Positions 54,416 through 64,000 of a stretch of DNA of 64,000 nt are shown here, piece after piece. The number at the start of each line of letters is the position of its first letter. Position 1 is the stretch's first letter. Below the pieces are notes generated by a model. The model was not told the DNA's origin and ran no database searches. It was given only the letters and a program-made list of their open reading frames with translations. Source of the stretch: Mustelus asterias (taxonomy: Eukaryota); NCBI RefSeq assembly GCF_964213995.1, contig NC_135815.1:78802001-78866000 (forward strand), read 5' to 3'. Position numbers and translations under genes: made by a program.

Positions 54416-55723
54416 CTTCCCTATCCAAGCAGCAATTTGTCCTCTGTTTCTGGTGCTGATTTTGGTAAAATTCAGCTGTCAGCCTATTTTTTTTCCCTTT
54501 GCCTCATTTCGGCCTTTTGACTCCTTAGCCTGATCACCCATGCATGTAAACACAGTAATACCAGCAATACCATTGATATTTGTCTGCTTTTGCAGCCTAT
54601 AGCATGGATAGGCTCAGCTGGATAGCAGCCCATGAGAAGTGAGGCAGGGTTTGAGCAAAACGATCCAGCACTTGCTTAAATTTGGGATGGGAGCATGGTA
54701 TTTGGGGCAGTGATCTACAAACAATGGGTTAGACACGATTCGGCGCAATGATGGGCATCAGGGTTATTGCCAAGAAGTGTGGTGAATTTTTCAGTCCATG
54801 AAGCAGTGTTTAATCCTCTGGCACAGTAAGTCACATGTTTAAACCAACTTGAGTGACTCATTCCTAATGCATGGGACTCAAGGGTGTCTTTTGTTTCGTC
54901 ATTTTCTAACTTTATCTTCCTTCCATGTTGTAGATGTTGTATTTTTGATTTCCATCTGTGAAGTTCCAATGCATCATCTGAGGAGGAACTATTATGCTTT
55001 CAAGACCCCACATATTAGCAGATGCTGGAAAAAGTATTTGTTGCAGGAATTTTTATAACACAGGAAAGGGGGCTCAAAAGAAAGAGTTGATAACCCCTGG
55101 TTTAAATCCACTCCAACTGAAGAATTCTCTCCATTGCTTTTTAAAATACTCTCCTCCTGATTTTTGTTTTTTTTTTCCACTTTAACTCACCCTTTGATAC
55201 CTTTCCGTGTGTCTTACAAGCTAATGGGCTCACTCGTTTACTCCAATTCCCTCATTTGGTATTGTCCTTTGTCTGTTTGCTGCCAGGATTTCAGTGGCGT
55301 ATGTCATGTTTGACCCTCCCCATCTCAGCATGTTTGTGCCCCTCAATTTTCTGATAAATGGTTGCTTTGCATGCATGTAGATGTACCAAACACTGAATGA
55401 AGCAAGTAAGATGGGTCCTTGTGTGACCAGATATGTCTTAATTGGTCTATAGTCTATCCAACCAAGAGTTGAGATTGCCCTCTCGCCTTGTAAATTAGTA
55501 TAGGGTGTCCAAGACTACGGATAAGTCTTAGAAAGCTACACTTTGGCAACTCTGGCAAGTTAATTGTGTCTTCCATCTACGCACCATGATGCTGAACTGA
55601 ACTTCTGATGTCAACCCCTTAAAAAGCTATATATAGTATAGAGACCATTGTGGCACAGGTGGAGGCCAGGCGGCCCATCAAATCCATGCCAGCTCAAGTG
55701 GAACAGTCCAGTCAGTCCCATGA

Positions 55724-56090
55724 AGGGGAGCTGATGGCCTAGTGGTATTATCACTAATCTATTATATCCAGAAACTCAGCTAATGTTCTGGCGACCCGAG
55801 TTCAAATCCCGCCACGGGCAGGTGGTTGAATTTGAATTCATTAAAAATTATCTGGAATTAAGAATCTACTGATGACCATGAAACCATTGTTGATTGTCAG
55901 AAGAAACCATCTGGTTCACTATGTCCTTTTTAAGGGAGGAAATCTGCCATCCTTACCTGGTCTGGCCTACATGTGGCTCCAGAGCCACAGCAATGTGGTT
56001 GACTCAACTGTCCCCAGGCAACTAGGGATGGGCAATAAATGCTGGCCAGCCAGCAACGGCCATGTCTCGGTCAAGATGACTGAATAAAAA
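55724..56090 (+). mobile_element. tRNA-derived SINE with Crack-like tail, nested in a CR1 3' UTR remnant
   Basis: A-box TGGCCTAGTGG, B-box AGTTCAAATCC, tail GGGATGGGCAATAAATGCTGGCC. Confidence 0.75.
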
Positions 56091-56411
56091 GAAAATTCCT
56101 ACTCAATCCATATAGCCCTGCAAGTTTATTTCTGTCAAGTCCATCCAGTTTCCTTTTGATAGTTTCTGCTTCCATCACCCTCATGGGCGGAGTTCCAGAT
56201 CATTACAACTTGTGTAACAGATTCTTTCTCACATTCCTTCCTTTATCTCTCAACTAAAATTTTAAGTCTGGATACTCTAGCACATGTCCACGTAATTCAT
56301 TTACTAATCTAACACTAACTATTATTTACCCAATTTGTATTTACAACTATAAAAAAATTTAGAATTTATTGAATATATCACATTTCAGACTGCGTTTAAC
56401 ACTTATTTATT

Positions 56412-56700
56412 AGTTTAAAGTTTATTTATTAGTCACATGTAGACTTGCATTAACACTGCAATGAAACTACTGTGAAAACCCCCTAGTCACCACACTCTGG
56501 CGCCTGCTCGGGTACATTGAGGGCAAATTTAGCATGGCCAATGCACCTAACCAGCATGTCTTTTGGACTGTGGGAGGAAACCGGAACACTCGGAGGAAAC
56601 CCACGCGGACACGGAGAATGTGCAGACTCCGCATAGGCAGTGACCCAAGCTGGGAATCGAAACCAAGTCCCTGGCGCTGAGGCAGCAGTGCTAACCAGTG
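56412..56700 (-). mobile_element. V-SINE tail B
   Basis: Same structure as 12094-12392. Confidence 0.85.
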
Positions 56701-57721
56701 CATTTTGTAGCAATATGATAAATAGGCATTAAGTTAGCCTCATTTGCAGTGTGTAATTGTCTACAGTTTTGAAGCATCAGCTGAATGCAATCGGTTCAGA
56801 TAGTTCTTAAATTAGTGGTGGCGTGTTTGTTCCCACATTTACACAGCCCATGTGGTATATTAACTTTGTTCCTATTTGAGTTGATGTGTACATATTTCAA
56901 TGTATTTTCCCCAATTTTAGTGTATTCCCTTACTACTGAAACTTATGACCAAAAAGCTTCTAAGTGCAGTTGCTGCCACATTTTATATATACATTGTCCA
57001 TCAGTGTAACTTAGTTCAAAAGTTCTAGGTTTAACTCCAGTACTCCCTTTGCATTTCCTCAGCAGCTTTTTTGTATTATTTTTTATCATGTGTCTTTGGT
57101 TGTGTAATGGTTATCGGAAGAATGTTGATCAAGACATCAGAATAGTTTTTGTAATGTCACTTTTTATTGGCTATCTAATTGCTGGAAGATGTTTAGTTTA
57201 ATACTCATTCAATTGGCATATCCAACAAACACTTTCCTAAATGTCCAACTAGATCATATGCTAAAATCCTGGAGTAGCAGTTGAACCCACAGCTTTGACT
57301 GAGAGGCACGTGCTAACAGCTGAGCCATTTATTTTGAAAGTTTCTGATCAAATTACGGTACCATGTTGTCTAAATGGGCAAGTTTCACCCAGTGAATTGC
57401 TTCCATAGCTATAATTCTCGTGGCTTCCTGATACTTGTAACATAACCTACCTTGATTGCTTTCCTTCACTCACAGTGCTCCTACTCTGGACCACCTTTTT
57501 GCTGGGAGCCTCTTGCTCTTGGATTACCAGTTCATGCAAGCAAGAGATATACTTGTCTGCTGCGAATCTCTGCTCTTTTTCTATTTTATTTGTTTTGCTT
57601 CACATGAATACTTTCCTTTCTAATCAATCTTTACTGTTGCCAACACCAATTCCACTATGGCCTCCAGCAGTCAGTTTGTCACCTTGTATTTTTTTTTCCT
57701 GTGCAACATTGAGTCAGTGGC

Positions 57722-57917
57722 GTAAAAACAGAATATACTGGAAATACTGAACAGGTCAGGCAGCGTTTGTGAGAACCAGAGTTGACGTTTCAGATCAATG
57801 GCCAAAAACCTAAAACATAGATTCTGTTTTTCCCTGGAGAGATGCTGCCTAACCCACTGAGTATATCTAGCATTTTCTATTTTTGTTTAAGATTTCCAAC
57901 ATCCAGTGTTTTGCTTT
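57722..57917. mobile_element. Old inverted pair of Penelope pLTRs
   Basis: CAGGTCAGGCAGC...GTTGACGTTTCAG followed by GATGCTGCCTAACC..CTGAGTAT..CTAGCA in opposite orientation. Confidence 0.55.
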
Positions 57918-58423
57918 TGTCAGTGGCATTCTGGCTCCAAATGAGCATCGCACCAAACATTTCCTTCGCACCTGCATCTCTTGAGCAGCTTTCTCTGCTG
58001 TCAGAAATTTATTGATCTTGAGCATTGACATTTCATCATGATGTTGCACTTCACCTGCCCCCATGAGAAATCATTTTTGCGTTCATTAACAGAACATTTT
58101 TATAAGTTAGTACAACATTTTTATTAAATCAGTCTGTTTGTGGAATAGAATCCCGCATTACCCTATAACAGATGTCTTTGCATGCTAAACATTTCTGTTC
58201 TTAAATATTTGGTATTTTACCTTGCCACAGGAGACTTTTGCCCTTCTCTATCTTTCTTAGTGTACATTAAAACAATACAGCAAGGTTTATTTTGTATGTA
58301 TGTATCTAAAGCACACAGAGCCCCTATAGCTTTCACAGATAGTTAAGTATTGTATATTTAACATAGTTTTATTTAGTGTTTTGTTTTGTAGACTCTAATG
58401 ATGTCTGATGTGCATCTCAACAG

Positions 58424-58604
58424 AAACCAAGGTCTATGTAGGTAACTTGGGAACAGGTGCCGGTAAAGGGGAACTAGAGCGTGCATTCAGCTACTACGGA
58501 CCACTGAGGACAGTCTGGATAGCACGGAATCCCCCTGGTTTTGCTTTTGTGGAGTTTAAGGAGCCTCGAGATGCTGAAGATGCTGTTCGTGGTTTGGATG
58601 GCAA
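58424..58604 (+). CDS. SRSF7: SRSF7 coding exon 2 (RRM)
   Basis: CAG|AAACC...GGCAA|GTAAGT, 181 nt; [44 protein letters not shown]. Confidence 0.96.
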
Positions 58605-59636
58605 GTAAGTAAACTTTAAAGGGGATCTATACCCCATTGGTAAAGTCATTGCTTTCATTATCACTTGCTGTTCTTTCAAATTACATAACATGAATGTTTC
58701 CAGCTGTTTTTTAAAATTCTGGTCAGAGCACAGTTGTTTGGATCATGTAGATACTAAAAGGCAGGGTTTGTTCCCTTAAAAGTAGAGATAGAAGTAATAG
58801 TGCATATGTAATCTTTCCTATAAAATCAATGTCAGTTAGCAGGAACTTATTATTTAGGAACATAGTGGGAATTGTGTGCTCTGATCAGAGAAATACAGAA
58901 CATCTGAGGAACATTCACAGTGCTTTAAATGGAGAGAATGAATAATGAAAGGACTGACTTTACCATTTGGATTTAGCTCCCCTTTAAATATGGGCAGTTG
59001 TCGATGAGTGACAAATGTACAAAATTGTTGTATATATGTGTGTGTGATTGGTGTGCTTGGTATCCATACATTTATTTTATTTATTACAGTAAATACAATA
59101 GTGTATGGATAAAAGACCAATGACAGCTGCCATTACTGTAACCAAACCTGTATTAAACACTCGTGTGGTCTGGCAACTGTGGAAATGACAAATTATTTCC
59201 ACAGTTGTCATGTCATTCGCCAGCATACCAGTACTATTTTTCCCATCAGAGAGCCTGTCCAGTAACTGAATATATGCATAACTGCTCTTTGTCCTGTTTA
59301 GGCCTTAGCAGTCAGTTAAATTCTAACCAGTTAAGAGCCTTCTCTTGATTTTAATGTTTCGTTTTTTTCTGCCAGTTTCTCCCTTTGTACCAGGCATTCA
59401 GTGGTGGGAAGGAATGGCGATAGTTGCTCCTAAACCTCTATACTGTTTTGTACTTGTCCCATTTGCCAGGAAGTACTTGACTCCATTTTGTGAATTACAA
59501 TGTGGGCAGTCTGGAGTATAAATCTGCATTGATGTCAATCAGAGGTTTCCAAATGTTTTGCTGAGGCACCCGTATCAAAAATTCAATGTTCTATTGGCGC
59601 GCCCTTTTAAGTAACAGTGGAAGAGATGAGTGGCAG

Positions 59637-59966
59637 CATAGAATCATAGAAACCCTACAGTGCAGAAGGAGGCCATTCGGCCCATCGAGTCTGCACCGAC
59701 CACAATCCCACCCAGGCCCTACCCCCACATATTTACCCACTAATCTACGCATCCCAGAATTCTAAGGGGCAATTTTTAACCTGGCCAATCAACCTAACCT
59801 GCACATCTTTGGATGTGGGAGGAAACCGGAGCACCCGGAGGAAACCCACGCAGACACGAGGAGAATGTGCAAACTCCACACAGACAGTGACCCGAGCCGG
59901 GAATCGAACCTGGGACCCTGGAGCTGTGAAGCAGCAGTGCTAACCACTGTGCTACCGTGCCGCCCC
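59637..59966 (-). mobile_element. HE1-type V-SINE, young
   Basis: Nearly identical to 2479-2812. Confidence 0.9.
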
Positions 59967-62900
59967 TGCATGGAATGAGCAGTAGCAAATTACAGCCTGT
60001 TTTTAGATTGCTTATGATTTCCATTGAAGTCAACAGAAAATAAAAAAAGCGTGAGGTAAACCATGATGCTCATTTGTTATTTGGTCCCTTTTAGCACTAC
60101 TATTAGAGACCAGTCTTCCCCACCTTTGTATTTTTGTGTAGAAGATTTTATTTTCTCAACTAAAATGACATTGCTTATGACAGCAATGTAAATAGCACTG
60201 TACTTGTATTATGCAACTAAATTAACTTGAGAGAATCCTTGATGACTCAACCTAGCTCAGTTGTTTCAATGAATCTGTTTGCTAATGCATAATTTGTGGA
60301 ATCAAAATTTGATTTTTGGAGCATTTCAACCGTAAATCGGGCTTTATTTTCAGGCTGCTTGTATGCTTGTTGAGGGATGTCATAGTGAAAAGTTCTTTCT
60401 TTGTACACAAACGGACAAATAATTCAGTCACTCTTTAAGATAATTTGAGCATTTGTTTTACAATGAGAGCCAGAACTGGTCAAAAGACAAAACTGTAAAT
60501 CTTTCTCCAAATGGAATCACTGATACTGTTGATCAAATTCTCTTTTAGACTCCATGTCAATCTTGAGCTTTGCTACAGAGTCCTCTGAAAATGGGTTTGA
60601 AACCCAGACAAAATCCTATTGAATTTTATACAAACTTGAGACAGATACTGTAGAATTGCGCCTCTGAATAAGGGCTGACATTTTCCAGTCCAGAATAGCA
60701 GAAGACTATTAGAAATATGGCCCAAAGGCAACCTTAAATAGGTAGATCCCAGTACAGGATGCAATGTTTGAATAGTAACTGATCAATGTGAAAGCCACCT
60801 CTGGTCCAGCCTTTGTATCCTGTGCTGAGATCGCCCTATGCAATACATGTTTTATATTTGTTTGAATTTCAACTTAAGATTTACTAAATTTCTTAAAAAT
60901 TGAAGATATACGGATTCTTGACGTACTTCCTCTGGTTATGCCAGATTGCATTGGTGGCTCACCCTTCAGCCAGCTTGTCCTCCTGACATCTTTGTTGCCC
61001 TAGGGAACTGTTGTAAATAGCTGTCCCATCATTCCCTTTGATACCAGGCTGCCTATTTTTGAAAATATGCTATGGGAACGGGTCATCTTTATTCCCATTT
61101 ATCTGTGAACCGTTGATTCCATTTGTCAGTTTGATTGTAGTTATCTGCTCTTGTGCTTGTGCTAATGTTTGGTAATTGACTATTTTTTAGGTATTTTAAG
61201 AGTCATTACTCTGGATCTTTCAGGTTTCACTTGTCCTAGTCCCTTTACTACATGCCAGGGATTTGGAAAGTTTGATGGAACTAGAAGTTTGAAGACTAGT
61301 TGAACTTTGGGACTTTGATACTACCAAATTCTACTGTCATTTTCGGAAGATATTTTAATTTGTTTTATATTGAGCGTGGAGTTGAGGATTTATTGTTTCA
61401 TTGTTCACTGAAATAAGTAGAAATTATGGCTAAGATATTGTAAGTTTAATGTTGCAATATTGTTTGGATGATTTTGAAGTCAACTAGTTCTTTTTGAGAG
61501 AGGTGCTTCATAAGACCAATTGAAGTGTTTTGGAGTACCCTCAGCAATTCCAGTAGTTCTAATTTAAACCTAAATATATTCATCCTAAAAAAAAATTGTG
61601 ACCACATGAGTGTTATAAATGGAATATGCTATGGAGGGAAGTGAAATACAGTTTTTATTTGCACTTTGGGACAGATTAATTCTCCTGCGACTTTGTCGCT
61701 CGTGAATTGTTAATTCTGCCAGTGGACAAATTGTATTTCTCCCTTTCTATCCTGTACCTTCTGTCAGCTGTCATTAATAGGCTATTTAAATTTCTTTTAA
61801 GCCATCGTTCTGATCTGTGGTCTCAGCTTATCCACAGGACCACAGACATGACTTGAGCTAATTGCTCACTGTCCTGAACTGCAGTTTCAAAAACAAAATT
61901 TTGATACATCATGCACGTACAGAGCTTTCTTTTTGTCTCCCTTTTCTCTCTACCTTTTTTCCAGAGGAAGTAAAGATATTACAATTTTTGCTAATAAGTG
62001 GCAAATGCCATCAAAGCATTTTACTTCAAGTAAGAATTTTGGATTTGCTCCAGTGCATAGGTGTTGGCATCAGTCCCAGTAAACTTTATTCTACAGTGGT
62101 AATTTCATTTCCTTTCATCAACAATTCTTTTGGCTTCTGTCACAGCTTTATTGGTGTCTATAACTTCTCACCCAATCCCTCCTACGACTGCTTGCTTTTC
62201 TTTCATACCCCTAAACTTCAAAGTGGATAACTGAAAACTCTGTGAATAATACATTGCCAAACTTAAGCTTCCTTTTTAAAAAGTAGACACCAGATGTCTA
62301 ACAGGGACTCCACGTTTTACTAACTTGTGAACCGTTATTTAACTTATTTTTGCTATACATGTATCTCTGTTTGAGCTGTTAAGATTTAATTTTCACTAGG
62401 ATCGATGGAGTTATTGTGCTGCTCCCTGCTCAGTTAAATGGTGTAGTGCCTTTAACTCTCTTGATTTGCTCTTGTTTTTGTTTTAATTTTGTGTGTTTTT
62501 GATTCTCTGTCTCAGTTGTGATACTGTTCTTTTTACTCTAGTCTCAAGGAAGGTAGGTACAGTTTGTCGTCTCCTCTTTCCCCTGACACCCCCTCTTTTC
62601 TCCCACCGCCCCCTCTCCCCACCCAATTCAAATTGATGTTTTGAATTTTATTCTTCAGGGTAGTGGGAGAAATATGCTTTTCATATAGACTTTGATCAGA
62701 TCTTCAACTGCCTTGCCTGCTATTTTTCCCATATCAGACAGGTCTAATGTAAATATTGCCAAGCAACTTGTGATGTTACGAGCTTCATCGTAAGTTTACA
62801 CTGTTCTATTTTTGGGCTTTAATGGAGTGATGATGTAATGTTCTCCTTGTTGTTGCAGAAAAACCTGTACAGGGAGGATGAAAAAGAATCTGAATAGCCT

Positions 62901-63125
62901 GATTTATCATTATTTTGTGATAGGCGTTGAAATAATAGCTGTGATGGAAAGGCAACTAATTTACTTTAGTTGTATGCAACATAAAGCAAGGGACAGGTTA
63001 TGCTGTGAAGCCTTCCAGTGTCTGTCATTTTATAGCAATAGTATGGTTATAATTACAGATTTTAACTGATGCTTTATGTTAGGTTGTCTTTGGCTTTGTA
63101 TAAACACTGATTTCTTTAACTTAAG

Positions 63126-63302
63126 GGTAATTTGTGGCTCACGTGTTCGAGTGGAACTATCAACAGGAATGCCTCGGCGCTCGCGCTTTGAGCGGCCACC
63201 AGCACGCCGACCCTTTGACCCAAATGATCGATGCTATGAATGTGGAGAAAAGGGTCATTATGCTTATGACTGTCATCGCTATAGCCGACGCAGAAGGAGC
63301 AG
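63126..63302 (+). CDS. SRSF7: SRSF7 coding exon 3 (RRM end, CCHC zinc knuckle, start of RS domain)
   Basis: AAG|GGTAATT...AGCAG|GTACAA, 177 nt; [12 protein letters not shown]...[14 protein letters not shown]; the zinc knuckle distinguishes SRSF7 from SRSF3. Confidence 0.96.
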
Positions 63303-63530
63303 GTACAAGTTGTCAATTTAAATGACTTCTAATTATTGCTTAAAAGCATTTTAATTTAAGTATAACTAAAAACAAAAGTTTTAATAAGAATAAAGAAATG
63401 CAATGCTTTATTGTTCTTGCTTTATATTTTAAGTGATAATCAGGCCTTGTGGCAATTTTTGCTTGACTTTTTTGCGTTTCGCTTGTGAATGTTTTGAATA
63501 TTAATGATCCACCTGGTCCGAACCTTTCAG

Positions 63531-63989
63531 GTTTCTTCGTTTGAGTCAGTCACCGCGATTCAGAATGTCGTGAGCCTCATGATATCAGGCTAAGGCATCT
63601 AGCAAATCCAACAGTTTTGATGCACCTAGAGCATACGGTGATTGGCATGAGGCCAGATCCCCTCGAGAACCTGCTACAACTAGCTTCACCTTAAGATTCT
63701 TTTGAGGGCAGAAAAAGTTTGAGAGTGAGACAAGGTGATCGCCGTTATGCTGTAAATTGGCTTTCAATTGGGCCCCTTTCTAGAGGAACGCCAGATTGAC
63801 CTCATTCCCTCGTAGACAAAACATCCTGCGTCAATCAAGCCTCACTTTGGCTCATTTGGCTGTCAGTTTGATCGTCGTTAGATTGAAGAACATCTAGATG
63901 CTGCGATGGTCTGATAGATACTTCTAGATCGCCTAGATCTGCTAGACCTTGGTCCAAAGAGAGGGTCGACTGACCTGCAAACTTGCAAG
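63531..63989 (+). other. SRSF7: SRSF7 poison cassette exon (NMD-coupled autoregulation)
   Basis: CTTTCAG| acceptor, AAG|GTTTAC donor, 459 nt; in-frame RFLRLSQSPRFRMS* with stop at 63571-63573; position in intron 3 and sequence match the mammalian poison exon as recalled. Confidence 0.85.
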
Positions 63990-64000
63990 GTTTACTTTAC

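Noticed and set aside
42424-58423. Intron 1 length of exactly 16,000 nt
   Set aside because: Both ends are natural splice sites matching the expected exon phases; treated as coincidence
63076-63125. N-terminal part of ORF 63076..63321 (and of 58408..58608)
   Set aside because: Intronic sequence upstream of the splice acceptors

Overview
Vertebrate genomic DNA, inferred to be a shark or other cartilaginous fish from HE1-type V-SINEs, their CR1/HER1 partner LINEs and DeuSINE-type fragments. Two host genes are recognisable. (1) An intact, single-coding-exon ARF6-like GTPase (13756-14286, minus strand) is unusually divergent from canonical ARF6 at effector-specificity residues and may be a second, whole-genome-duplication-derived ARF6. 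(2) The 5' part of SRSF7 (plus strand) has coding exons at 42396-42423, 58424-58604 and 63126-63302, followed by its deeply conserved poison cassette exon (63531-63989). A second promoter-like CpG region near 1.9-2.2 kb is built on a 6 x 29-bp tandem array of CRE-like and E2F-like motifs. Much of the rest is transposon debris: CR1, Rex1, RTE, Tx1/L1 and Crack-like LINEs, several SINE families, a decayed Gypsy element, probable solo LTRs, a hAT MITE, and many Penelope-like fragments with minimal hammerhead ribozyme cores, including a young 89-bp palindrome with one intact and one disabled ribozyme. Comparisons with human sequences and repeat-family names are from recall, not alignments. Repeat boundaries are approximate.
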